This document shows, piece after piece, positions 1 through 13,100 of a DNA stretch of 64,000 bases (positions are counted from its first letter, which is position 1; every line of letters begins with the position of its first letter). A program made the translations under genes and the position numbers. The DNA lies in the NCBI GenBank assembly GCA_963924565.1, contig OZ004609.1, forward strand, positions 32,240,001 through 32,304,000, read 5' to 3'. The notes under the pieces were generated by a model that did not search any database, had not been told where the DNA came from, and saw only the letters and a program-made list of their open reading frames with translations. The DNA is from Ascidiella aspersa. Taxonomy: Eukaryota.

Positions 1-1054
1 AAATTAACACTCAGTACCCCAATGGGTTTTAAACGTTCGTGCATTTCATAGGCGCCGGTTACCACGCTATTTACCTCGCCACTCTGTGTATGACTAGCAT
101 GTGATATCACTCGTTTATTGTGTAGAAAATGAAATTATTGGATCATTAGGATATTAATTAGGATAGAAATTAGATATAGGAATTGGTATAGCGTATTTGT
201 CGCTATGTATTGCTGCCGTTTTGAAGATATATTCTATGATAAGGGAAAACGTTATGTAAAAGTCTTTGATTATAGTTGTTGATTGTTTAGTCCATAATGT
301 ATGTAATTTATTGTAATGCGCAAACTCGTTTTTGTTGTAAATAATTAATGATGGTAATTACGTTTCTTGGTATTTTTGAGAATCAGGCAGATATTCTTAC
401 TGAGGCAGAACATTAGCGCTAAGATACAAATAACCAGAACTCACGCTAAATTGCTATTTACGATATATAAGGTCGTAAAATTGGTGCCCCGAGAATATCG
501 GTTCGGGGCCAATAGTGCATACCTAGTATCGACATTCGTTCAACACTACGGTGGTATTGGCGACGGTCCTTTTGATGAAAGTTATTTAGCGAAAAACAAA
601 AATCCGACCCTAACGTACTTCCTTTTATAGAATAACAATTTTCCAAAAAATAGTTCACTGAGTGTAACTATTGTTTTTTAACTATAATGAAAGGTATAGG
701 TCAGAAAACATTGTTAACATTGCCTTAAAATGTTTATTTTCCAGTTTTTTGTTCCATTTTACTATTGACGTGACAAGTATCTGACCGGACAAACGTAATG
801 GCTAAAAAGAAATTACATTATAAATGTTTTTTTGTGCTAAATAACTGTTTTGATTGGACTAAATCTATTTCTAGTTTGGATTATAATTTAAAATTTAGTT
901 TTCGCGAATTCGGTAACTTCGATCTAAATTCAATTCGGTAAAACTCTTCCGGCCTTACTTTACTTATATTTCAATGTAGAAACGCTGAAGAAAATCATGT
1001 TGTCCGAGTCCGCGAGCAATATAAAGGGAAATGCCCTCGATTAAACAAAAGTAC

Positions 1055-1180
1055 CTTGACGAGTTGGAATGGCGCCTTGATGACCTTGTTGTGTGCGAGT
1101 GGAATAAGGTCGATGATTGCTTTGCCGAGGTAGGAAGGCATATCAGGGTCAGCGTCGTCAAACACGTAAATCACAAGCTT
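1055..1180 (-). CDS. RPGRIP1L: RPGRIP1L exon 21 ([32 protein letters not shown]...)
   Basis: ctttacag acceptor, GTACTT donor; phase 0-0; matches human FYVFDD...YIGKVNVPLISLAHD. Confidence 0.93.
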
Positions 1181-4100
1181 CTGTAAAGCACAATTAAAGC
1201 ATGAAGCAACATGCGTTTAATATAAATCAAATTGATTTTGGTGGCGCTTCAATAATAGCACGAGAATCAGACTACAGGAAAAGATTATTTTTGGAATCGT
1301 GGAACATCCATAAGAAGGGTAACACCATGAACGTCAAAACTGACGTGATGCTTTCTGCATGCTACAAGCACCTGCTGAAGGACTAGAGGCAGTCACTAAT
1401 TATTTTCTTATCGTTTTGTTGCTCGCGTTTATTTCGGCTTTTTTCCTTTTTTTGCTTTCCATTTATTGTACGAGCGTTCAGTGTCAATCACCCTGACGAA
1501 GGCGGCTTGTATAGGTTGCCGAAACGTTGGTTAACAATTACAATTACCAGAGGAGCTGTTTTTAATTTATATTACCATGCCTGGTAGCAACAGTTTATAT
1601 GCGTTTAATATATCAACGGCTTACTGGGCTACCTTGAGCAAGCTAACCGTAAGCCGTCGCCCTATGGAGAATTTCCGTGCCATAAAGACACAAAAAACAA
1701 AAACTACGGTGAACTTTAAAACTATTTTATCGTTAGAATAAGTCGTTCTACCAATTGAACTACTACACAGGCTAAGTTGTAAGCAGTGCTAAGGAGTCGA
1801 AGTCGGGACTCGACGGAGTCGGTTTATTTTTCTGGAGTCGGACTCGGGACTCTGTAAGGCTGCCAGAGCCCTAAGTCTGACGTTCGCACATACACAATTC
1901 GAAACCGGTGCGTTGCATACTGTTAATCGGAAAGATAGAGTAGTCTATGGTAGAATATTTTCCAACACTGTATTATGGATGGGTGAGTTATATGACACCC
2001 CAATAAGTGGATTGCCTTACAGTGTATATCAACCCTATAGTTTAGTTGGTAGAGTCAAAATCGGATTCGACGAGTTAGCAAATTTAGCCGAAGTCGGCCT
2101 CAGGACAATTCTGAGTCGCGACTCATGGGGAATGAAGTGAGAAACTCTGATCTAAGGCATCGCACCTCCGATTTAAGGTAGCTGTCCAGGTTGGCGTCCA
2201 TCTGAAGCGGGAAGGCTTGTCGGTCGTCGAAGTGCGGGTTGTTCGAGTGGGGAATCACCGGAGTGTCGTGGTCGGCGAAGTCGAAGAACTTGTAGATACA
2301 GTAGACGCTCGGCTGCACACCTAACCATGGGAAGATAACGGCATTGTTGTAAAGACATAAGTGTACTGAAGTCACTGTTTTTAAGAGACTTGACATGGCT
2401 TGAATCTTTCGGCAAAAAGGACTTGTCTTGTCTTTTGGATAAAATGACTTAATTTAGACTTTTTAGGTCAAATGATTTCGTTTGAAAGTAAGTATTTTCA
2501 TAGCTTAACTCATTCTATGTCAATGACATGACTTGCTTTAAAAATCACTTAAAAGTGCTCAGATGTTGCACGTTAAAATAAAATTTAACAACAGAAACAA
2601 TGGTTATAGGTTAAGTTAATGGACGCGATAAATTTGTTTATGGAGTGCGTTCGTGTGTGCCTGCAGCAATACATAGCTTAATACCACACGCTTTTTATGG
2701 CTGCAACTAAATACCAAATATGTAATTTACTTCCTTAATAGACAAGTTTTCCGCTTACTTGACTAGATTAAACCTCGAGTTGCATTTGTTAATATCTGCA
2801 TTTTAGGCGCTTTATAGATTAAACGTTTAGCCTTTATGTGGCGAACAGCGCTATCAACTGTTCGTTTCAGGCCCATATTTCTTGTTATTTCTTTGTCTGT
2901 CCCGCTGAAGATAAAACATCGACAAAATTTAGTTACCTGGTCGACGCGCTTCTACGTGATTGCACGTCATGATCTGCACGAGCAGCTGGTTGGTGTTGTC
3001 GACCGTGTCCCTTAAGCGGGGGTCTTCCGGCTCTGTGACGTCATCCAGGGCCTTCTGGGTCGTGGCCGTGTTGGCCGAGAGGTAGCCCAGGGCCTTGGTC
3101 CGCTCCTGGAACCGACGGAAAAAGGAACTTTTGGTCAGTGGTTCCTAACCTTTAGTGGTTCGTGGCACTTTACCGAGCCAGCAACACTATTTGGTCAATT
3201 AATAGCAATAATTAAAACCTAGATTTGATCGTTTTTTCTAATTTAGCGAAACTTGCTCGTGTATTTCTCTTTACAAACAACTACATTCCGCAAGAGAATC
3301 GCCTTAACTGTCAGGGGTTCGTAGAAACAACACATGGCCAAAACAGGATTGGGTGAGATTCGAACACATGAACTAGGCTAGACCAGGGCCGTTACTCTGT
3401 CGACTGACCCTTCAGACCCAACCCCCAAATAGTACAAATGTAGTACATATAACTATAGTTTTATGAGAACTGGGTGTAGTAATAGTATTGCACATACGCG
3501 GTATAGTCGTATGGCCTGTTCCATTGGAACTCTCAGACGAACCCAGAAGTCAAGTGTTCCGTAGTTGCTACCGTCCAAACCTGAAATTGTTTAAAAAAAC
3601 AAAGGCTATCCAAGTAGTTTGGTAAGCACTTATATACAAAAAGAACACATTTTATAAAGGTAACTAGTAGTATTCAGTGAGGCGTACCTGTCAGCGCAAC
3701 GGTGCCGTGCATTTTGCCTTGTGGTTGATCAAGCAGTTGATTGAACTTGACTCTGCACGAAGCGATGGTTTTGTGCTCCACTCCCAACGCCTGGTGGACT
3801 TCGAAGATTGTTTTTTCCTACATAGAACAGAGTTTCTACTCTCGTTGTACGCTCATAAAGCAAGCGGCAGGCGCGATTGTACAATATACAGCCAGGATAA
3901 ATATAGCAAGCATCTAGAGTTACAATCGATTGTATGCTACGCAACAAATATCCGAGCTATTCAATTTGGCATGGTGTCACGCGGTTATAAAATAAGTTAA
4001 TATGGGTAGAAAGCATTTTGTCTCTGACACCTAGATTTTCAAAGCGGTAATTATACAGATAAGATAATTATTAAGAAAGTAACGAATTTCACCTAACAAT

Positions 4101-7100
4101 AAAAACGATCGAGATGCTTAATATTTTTGATGACTTGCAATCAAATACCTTCTGTATGTGATGTAGGAAGAGGTCGTCGACCTTGATCGTAAATTGTGCG
4201 GTGAAGTCGAACAGAGGGCTGTGGGTGGGTAAGTATATTTATTAGAAACTTAAAGTTGTGGTTGGTTAAGTACTTACAACATTTAAACTCTTAAATTTTA
4301 ATTGAGAGTTTGGTGAGATTATAGTGATTTACAAACTATAAATGACCAACGTGGAAAAGTAAAATTTAGGGTATTCATCAGAATAATTAATCTTTATATA
4401 TTTTTAAGTTTTAATATACGAACGAGAATTGTCTGGCACAAAAAGAACAAGACAAAAAAAAGTTAAGGCAAGCGTAAAGGATAACTTATGAGTAACACTA
4501 TAAACGTTGTGCGGCTTGAAAAAAATTACAACACAAATCATTCGTTTACAGTCGTAGTTAAATAAAACACTAAAGATTTTACTTGGGAGTATACTGTCGA
4601 AAATTGCTGACGAGCTTGCATATTCAGACGATTATAAATAGCACTAGTATCTTGGGTTTAACAGTTGGTAAAAAGGGTTTAACAGGGGTAAAAAGGGTTT
4701 AACAGGGGTAAAAAGGGTTTACCAGGGGTAAAAAGGGTTTAACAGGGGTAAAACGTCAAGAAACCAAGGGATGAAAAGCAACGCATAACTGTTCGATAAT
4801 AAAAAATCAGATTCGTACATTTATTTATTTATTTATTATTTTAATTTGGGGGCCTTGTATTCAGGAAGAACACAATGATTATCTCACCTTGCGCTCTTTA
4901 GTATAGGAGTGCTGACCAGCTCGTAATCATAGAAGGCGTAAGTTACGAAGAGCGACGGCTCCCGGTCGTCAAGGGCAACCAGCGCCTCCTTGCTCATCGA
5001 CATCTTGGTGATGTGGATCTCGAAGAGGTTCTCGCCTCGCTCCAGATGGACGCTCTCGTCCAGTTCCTCTTCCTCACCGATCTGGAAAGAGCAGGAGACG
5101 GTTGTTATGGCAACACGTGTTTTGAATAAGGTAACGAAATGCTTAAGAGTTGGTATTTTACTCTTGCCTAGTATTTAACTCTATTATAATATATTTTGAG
5201 GGGTTAGTAACATTTTTTACCAATTTATTGGATTGGTTCAACTCAGTGCTTCTCAACCTTTTTTCGCGGCGACCCAAATAGTAAGCGTAAGTGTGACAGC
5301 GAGCTTTAGAGACCCAATTGTTTTTTCTTGAAAGAGAAAAAAAAATAGGCATTAGCATAAAGAATTTCGAGTTTTACTTGTATTGCTTCCTTAATTTTCT
5401 TAATTGAGAGATTTTTTTCAGAACCAATCTCAATTAGTATAAACATGTGACTACTGTGGTCGGCGACCCAACCAAATCAAACAGCGACACAATTTTTGGT
5501 CGCGGCCCATAGGTTGATAAGCACTGGTTTAACTGAATAATGCAATTATTTATTAATTTATTGTATTTTTTAACTGGATAATGCAATCATTTATCAAATT
5601 ACAGGATCTGATTTTACAAGGTATTATAATTATTTATCAATTTATTGGATTGCCTAACTGGATAATGTAATTATTTATTATTTATCAATTCATTGTTTAT
5701 TTATGCGATATACAGCTTTGTTCTACATTTCGGATATTATTTTGCGGGGTTTAATAATTATATATCAACATATTACATTTTTTCGGAGTGTTACAGATAA
5801 TATCAACTTATCATATTTATCTTGTCGGACATTAAATTGTTTAATACTTTATCGAACATTATTTAACAAAACACTACACTTATTCATTACATTTTGTACA
5901 ATATTTAAAGGGTTATTCTGATTTTTTATTAAAGACTGGTATTTTTTAATCAACTAACTTCCTATTTTTTTTCAATACATTTATTCACAACATATTTAGG
6001 CTAGTAAACGTGACACACACTGTATCGTCAGGAGTGAGTCAATGTTAATGTAAGTTAATGTTAGTTAACAATATATTCTTATGGTTTATTAATAAATTGT
6101 GTGTAACAAAATTCTTTAACCATTATTCGGACATTATATTTGCTTATACACAGCTCTTTCCAAGACATACGGAAAAGCATATTTCTGGCAAGAGGACAAG
6201 ACAAAAAAAAACGCCTTTTAGTGGTAGTAAATAAGTGGCACACTTACTGTATCGTCTGGAGTAAGCTTGAATTGCTTCGTTCCATAAGCGACGTCGTGTA
6301 ACTGAGATTCAAGTTTCTGAAACAAAACAGTTTCGGTCAATTTCTAGAGTCATTGCATTCACCGAATGCGTCTATATACTTGAGATGCCGCTGTTGGTTT
6401 GCTTAGTAAGGACGTGATGGTATGAAGCTGTTGCCACATGAGTTATAAAATCACGATTATCAGAAAAGATAAACTATATAAAATAAATATAGTCATCTAT
6501 ATAAGATAAATATAGTCATCTGTGCTTTACTTAAGAGAAACTATACCAAACGCGTTTTTTATAAAAACAGTTAGTGATTTGTTTAGGTCAGGAGTGTCCA
6601 ACTCAAACATGCCGACGTGCGCCAATATTTATCTTATAACTTCTTCCCGTGCCAAAGTTTAGTAACTAATTTATAATATTAAAAGTGTGGTATTATTTTT
6701 TTGTTTCTAATATTATTTTTAACAATATTAGAAAATTCTGACAGTGACAATTGGCTGAATAACAAATTAAGTATCTTTTGACAACTAGCTGGGGGGCTTG
6801 CGTGCCATTTTTTAGTAGGCCGCGTGTCACATTTGGCACGCGTGCACCCCTGGTTTAGGTAAAACGAAGCAACTATTATTATGTGATAAGATAATGGCTT
6901 TATAGTGAGAACTATTTCGGGCGCTGTATGACTTGTGGAGACCCTTAAAACAACAGCGCATTTCGCACACAACACACAGTGTACTATACGAACCTTGATT
7001 CTTGCCAGCCTTGCATCCAGCAACCTCGCAAAGCGATCAAGCTTTTCTTCGTACTCTCGCCTCATTCTGTCCTTGTCGCTAGAAACGCTGTCAACCTGAG

Positions 7101-10100
7101 GTAATGCAAATCACCATAAGATAGAAAAAGGCCTGTTGATTCAGAGTACATTGTTAGGCAGGGTAGTAATGGCTGAGGTCAATTACTTGACTTGACTGCT
7201 TAAGTGATTCAGGCAAATGAGTCGACTTGTATACTAAGTTTTGCGTTAAAAAAGAATAAACACGTTATTCGCTAAGAATTTTTTCTTTTTTAAATAAAGA
7301 AGTTTGCTCGCTAAGTTTTTATAGTATTAGAGATGCAAAACGTTGCTTAAAGTTATAGTTTAAAAAAAAAAACTATTTTAACATATACAGAATTTGTGCC
7401 CTGTTTGTGTCCATGTATCACTGACTTGTGGTTTAGGCGGCTGGTCTACGATTATTAACACAAAGAGTCAACTTTTAGTTGAAACTTAGCAAAAATAAAA
7501 ATAAAATTAACTACACACCGCATTATTTATTAGCCCATTATTTTTTTGATATATTTTACCAGTCAAAATAAACTACTATGTTTGGTCAACTTGTTATGTG
7601 TGTTCAATTTATATTTATGTCGGTCAAAAACTATAGACGAGCTGCAATACAAACCTCGATCTGGTAGTCTTTATTGATTTTGTGTTGCATGAGAAGCATT
7701 TCTCGCGTTTTCTCAAGTTCTTGAATCGTCTCAGCATGTTGAACTTGCATCTCAAGCAGCTGTGTTTGCGGATCTGCAAAGCAACACAGTTTACCACAGT
7801 TAACAGATAAGCTTGTTGTAAAGGGTTTCGAAAAATCTTTTCTGAGAGATACACTGCGCCGCCAACTTTTGCGACAAAATGGTTAAAGTTGGAACAAAGT
7901 AATTTAAACAATCTCAGTTTTAAACTAAAATGTATTATTAAGGATTCATTAAATAGTATTCAGTCAGCCTAATGAGTACATAAAACATTATAAATGAGGC
8001 GAGATTTGTAATCTTTGGTGAACATCCTATCATTTTACAGTGGATAGTGGTATTCATTTAACATTATAGAACATTTCCAAAATTAACGATCAAGCCATCA
8101 TTTTATTTGAATAACGTTTTACCTTAAAGGTTTAGGCGGATCCTAACCATTTCAAGCTATGCAATGTCAACATTATTCTCACAAGGGTCAGTCGAAGTAC
8201 CGGACAACAGCCTCGAAAGTTTCAAGGGCTTCGTCCCTACACTAGCTTCACTGACAGTTAGTAGTACTAACCACAGAACGGAAAACATTCCAAACTTACT
8301 TAAATTGAGATTTCGGATAAAAATTTTTGTCGTAATACGAGCTTCTTCTTTAATCATAAAAAAAATTAGAAAAATCTCAATATATGTTGAACTCTCGCGA
8401 CGAAAAGACATTCAATGGGTTAAACTCTATCTTTGTCTCAATGAACAAATGTGTCCTTTTTACTTCATCGATTATTTTTAAAAACACCAAAAAATAAAAA
8501 TAAAGACGTTCGTTGGACGGAACATGTACAATGCGACAAGAAACTCCCTTAGTTTGGTCGAAACTCAAACTATTCGCGTACAAAAACACATTTTTGTAAT
8601 GTATTGGTAGTGATGTGACGTACCAAAAAAACGAGCGCGGCCTTTACTTTGCCAAAATAATTTTACCAAGAAAATATCAAAAACTAGTGCTCGATAGACG
8701 ATGGCGATCAATCATTTCAAGGGTTTAAAAAAAAAGAAAAATTCGGCGAGAAACGGACGAAAATCTTGAACGATCTTCATATTTTCTCAAAATTACCTCG
8801 ATCTTCGTCGTCCACGTTCTGCAGAAAGTCGGGTCTCTCCTTCTGAGCAGCCGCGTGTCGCCTCTGACGCACCTTGGCCAATGCTTCACGCAATTCGTCA
8901 ACGTCAACTATGTCGTCTGTGCATGTTAGAATAAGGGAAAGGTTAGAGACGCATTGATAATAATACTACCAGTCGATCCACTGTGGATAATTGACAGGGT
9001 CGGTTCCCATAACAAACCATGTACTGCTCAAGTAAAAAGAAGTCGGCCAACAACAAACAATGATCTCTATAATCGACAATACTTTAAAATATTAAGACCG
9101 CTACTGAAGGTTTGATAATCTCATAGGTGAATAAAATTAAAACTTTATTTTGCCATGAATATTGTATGCCGTAACTTAAATAATAATTATTTAGCTTCGT
9201 AAGGTATATATATAGGTACTTAAAACTTTCTTTTAAAACTAAAGTATGAGAAATCACTTTTGCTACAGAGGCTCTTTAACTTGTAAAAAAAGAATTTCAA
9301 TAGGGATAAGCTAAGTCTCTAGGCTGAAGAAACATGACATCAACCCAGCAGCAAAGGCCGGCAACTTAGTTTTTTAAAAAGAGGTGCAAATACTCTCAAA
9401 TTCGAAGCATCCGATAGCTCGGCTTTCAGTAAGACCCTAAGTTTGAAGTGCAAAGCTGATCGCAAATTACGAATGATACGCGTCAGGGAAATCAATTGAA
9501 TGAAGGTTTTACCTGACATGGAGTAAATCCTGAGTCTTTCCCGTAGTTCCTCGTTTTCCTTCCTCAGTCGCGATCCCTCTTCGTGCACCTTTCTGCTGTC
9601 CGAATGTAATCGGCTGGCAAAACCTGCAAACATTACAATGATTGGAACTAAATAATACAGACTTGGACCACTAGATTATTCAAGCTGAATAATAATTTAA
9701 CGAATGAAAAAAATTTGCTGCTTTTTGTGATTTTAATCTAATTTTCAATTATATCCAAGGGCTACTTTGTCTTACTCATTTAGAACAAGTTTGTATTCAG
9801 GCAGGTTAATTTTTTAGCTTAAAAAGTGCCAGTCTATGCCTACTAATCCTAAACATTCATATTATTAGGGGAAAAAATCCATTTCTATTGAAAAGGATTG
9901 CATATTGGGAAGTCAAACTTCTCATTTATGTTGCAGTTTAAAATCTAGTTTTCTCAAAGTCGGTAACTTTAACTCTAATCTAACTCGGAAAAAATGAAAA
10001 AAGCTTCGATTGAATTTTCATCTAATTTGAAAAAAGTTGTGTGTAAGTCTGCATTACACGCGTTGATTAAGGTCGCGTAAAGCAGCAAATCACAAGGGGT

Positions 10101-13100
10101 GGACGAACGTATTTCACTTTCACTTAGTTAGGCCATAAACGATGATGAATTACATATAGTCTTATTCCAAGATCCACAGGAAAGCTTTAAACAAAATGTT
10201 AGGGTAAATTACAGTTTTGAATTTGCACTTTTTTTACTACAGTGATAAATTTTCGTTTTCAAGACAGCCAGCATTGAGAAATTAATAATTAGTAACAAAT
10301 TTGTGGTCCTCTTATTCAGATAAGAAAATAAAACGTTTTTAAGTATGGGGGAAAATTGACTACTTAATGTTTACTCAACCTTTTCGAAAAACAATTCAAT
10401 CGAACAGTTTAAAGATGTACAGACATTTGAACGAGTCGTTGAAATATAATTTTGGAATATATTTCAACAAACAGAAAAGAACAATTGGCTTTTATTGCAA
10501 CGCACCTCTCTCATTTTCCATCTTGGCCAGATACTCATTCTTATCCGCCATATCCGACTTCATGGCGGCTTCCAGTTGACCGATCTGCACTCGCAACTTG
10601 CGCTCCAACTGACGCCACTGGTGCTCCTTCTCTTGGTCGAAGGCGCTTCACACAACAAGATAGTTTGTTAGTTTGTGTAACCAAAATAGTTTGTTAGTTT
10701 GTGTAACCAAGATAGTTTGTTAGTTTGTGATAACCAAGTTAAGTTTTTTTATTTTTGGGGTGCACAATACAGTTCTGAGGCAGCCTATGGTATAGTTATA
10801 GAAATATAAAGAAACTATTGCTGCATAATTTCGCTAAAGCACGGTAGACGGGGAAAAACAGGTAAAAGTCCGGCATTGCCCTACATTAGGAAAGTTTAGC
10901 AGAGTTATAACTAGATCGTTTCCATTTTCGCATTGCTGAATATCAAGCATTGTTCATTGACTCACGATCGAATGCTTTATTTGGCTTATTAACTAACTGC
11001 ACACTAAGTATCACTGTTTAAAAAAATGCGTTTTTTTAATTCACCGGTTATCACATGATCGTCAGGTAAAAATAAGAGTTGGTGTTTTCATGATTTCCCG
11101 CTTTGAATTAAAAAAGGTGCAAAAGTTAGCAAACCCTAAAAATTTATGTATGACTTATAGATATTTTATTTGCGTTTGCTTCTTTCGTACAAGATGACGA
11201 ACCTGTCGACAAGTTTTTCGTTGGCTTCCTTAAGTATTTCCACTTCTTTTTCGAGATCTCGAATATGTTCCTGCATCTGACCAACACGACGCTGCTGACT
11301 TCCACCCTGCTTCAGTTGGTTCTAATCGTAGAAATAACAACACGTTCAATTTTAACATATTCAATCGTTTAACAAAACAGAAAAACAAATAGTCCTAAAT
11401 TGAGTCATTTAAGTTGTTAGCTTAAGGGGTGGCCAAGCCGCGGCTCTTTAGTTACGATGTACTGTCGATTGTGTTTTCTTTTAAGACATAGATTCTTATA
11501 GGTTCCGGTTCTGATTTTACGACAGTATCAAGTCATTAGTTAGATGAAACTCTCACACCAAAATAATTGAACAAATCCCCACTAATAAATAACAAATCGC
11601 GATAATGTAGTCTACTTTTTATTAATAATGTTTAAAATCTACAACCAATATGGCCGCGCAACGCTATGCGTGTATGGTGGTGGTTCTTTATGGTTAACCT
11701 GGTAACTTTATCCCGTGCCAGTAAAACACACTCAACGTTTCATTACTGACGTTATAAGAATCAAGGCGCGCTTCTAATGATTTCTATATTTTCATCCTCG
11801 GCAAATAAAGTAAATGGAGTTACAGTAGAATTAGGGCGAAGGAAATAATTCCATATGTGTCCAGTATTTAGTTTCATATGGAAAATTCTCACGCTATTTC
11901 TATACCCACATTCAACAAATAATTGCCAATAATACAACGGACCTGAAGCTGAATACTTCTATCTTCCTCATCTAAAAGTTGTGACTTAAGGCGTTCCACC
12001 TCGTGAAGAACCTTCTCGTAGCTCGAACGAAGCTGGTTGTAATTTCGCTGAAGTTCTTGGAACCTAAATAGACACAAACCTTGTTACATAACATAGAAAT
12101 ATTTGTTTTAAGCTTCCATTAAATATTATAAATAGCATAAGTTATTTTTTCTTGATATGCATTAGCCAACGGGGCAGTGATAGACAAAAAAACGCTGCAG
12201 CCTGGCTTAGGATGCCATGGAGACACAGTATTTCATAGTTTAATTACATATATGTAAGAAGGGAAATCTGAGGAGTGTACCTGCCCTCCATAGCAGTGAA
12301 GTTGGTGGATTTTTCTTTCATTTGTCGCTGCAGCTTGATCAGTTCTATATTCTCGCTGACCGTGGATCGTTGTGTAGATGTTACGTGTTCGCGGAACTTC
12401 AGAACGTCGTTTTCGTGAGCTGAACCTGGTGTTAATATTTTGATTTGTCAATTTAACACCGAGTTTTTGACGCGGTAACTGAAATCGCACTGATTTGATT
12501 TCAAAAACGGGGTTAGCCAATCAAAAATATGTGAGCTTTGAACCTACGACCGTTACCATTTCGGGGCCTATTTGAAAAAAAGATTTTATTAGTAATTAAA
12601 TCGCAAATCAGGGTCACAAAATAGGTGGCCAACTCACTATTCGGTGGAAAAATTCGTAAAATTATATCTGACCAGTTAACTCAGTAATAATGCATAAATA
12701 GAATTAAAAAAAATAGTTTTAAATAGAGTTATTATCCAAGCAAACAGAAATATTGTCCTACAATGCAAGCAAATGTATCTAAAATACAATTTTGCTGCCG
12801 TTCCTTTTTAGCAGGGCTTGCAACATTGGCAGCACCTAGGCTCATAGTATTTCTCTGCCACCCTCAATGATGTAGTTTAATTATTAGAATAGATAACTCA
12901 CGGAAGTTTTGGAGCTCGGCGTGCAGCGAATCGTTCTCGTCCTGCATGCTTGCGATTCGATCCTGGAGCGCCAGCATCTGCTGCTGCAAGTGGTGGTTCT
13001 CGTTCCGAGCTTCTTCCAACAGACTGTGACCGTATCTTGTGGGCGGAGGGGAAGCAGCAGGGACACTGAGCGAAAAAGCAAGTTTTTGTTTTTAAGTGCA

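Noticed and set aside
1-83. Open frame after acacag on the minus strand as the next RPGRIP1L exon
   Set aside because: Translation (SGEVNSVVTGAYEMHER...) does not clearly match the expected GTIxVxLKW end of the C2 domain; the next exon is probably outside the window
4-667. Short inverted repeat ACACTCAGT after TTAA, suggesting a piggyBac-like element
   Set aside because: Only 9 bp of inverted match and no TTAA duplication on the right
3345-3412. Possible tRNA gene
   Set aside because: B box present but no complete cloverleaf or acceptor stem; treated as a SINE-like remnant
4667-4753. Regular direct repeats considered as CRISPR-like or telomeric
   Set aside because: No spacers, eukaryotic intron, and not a telomere unit; an ordinary minisatellite
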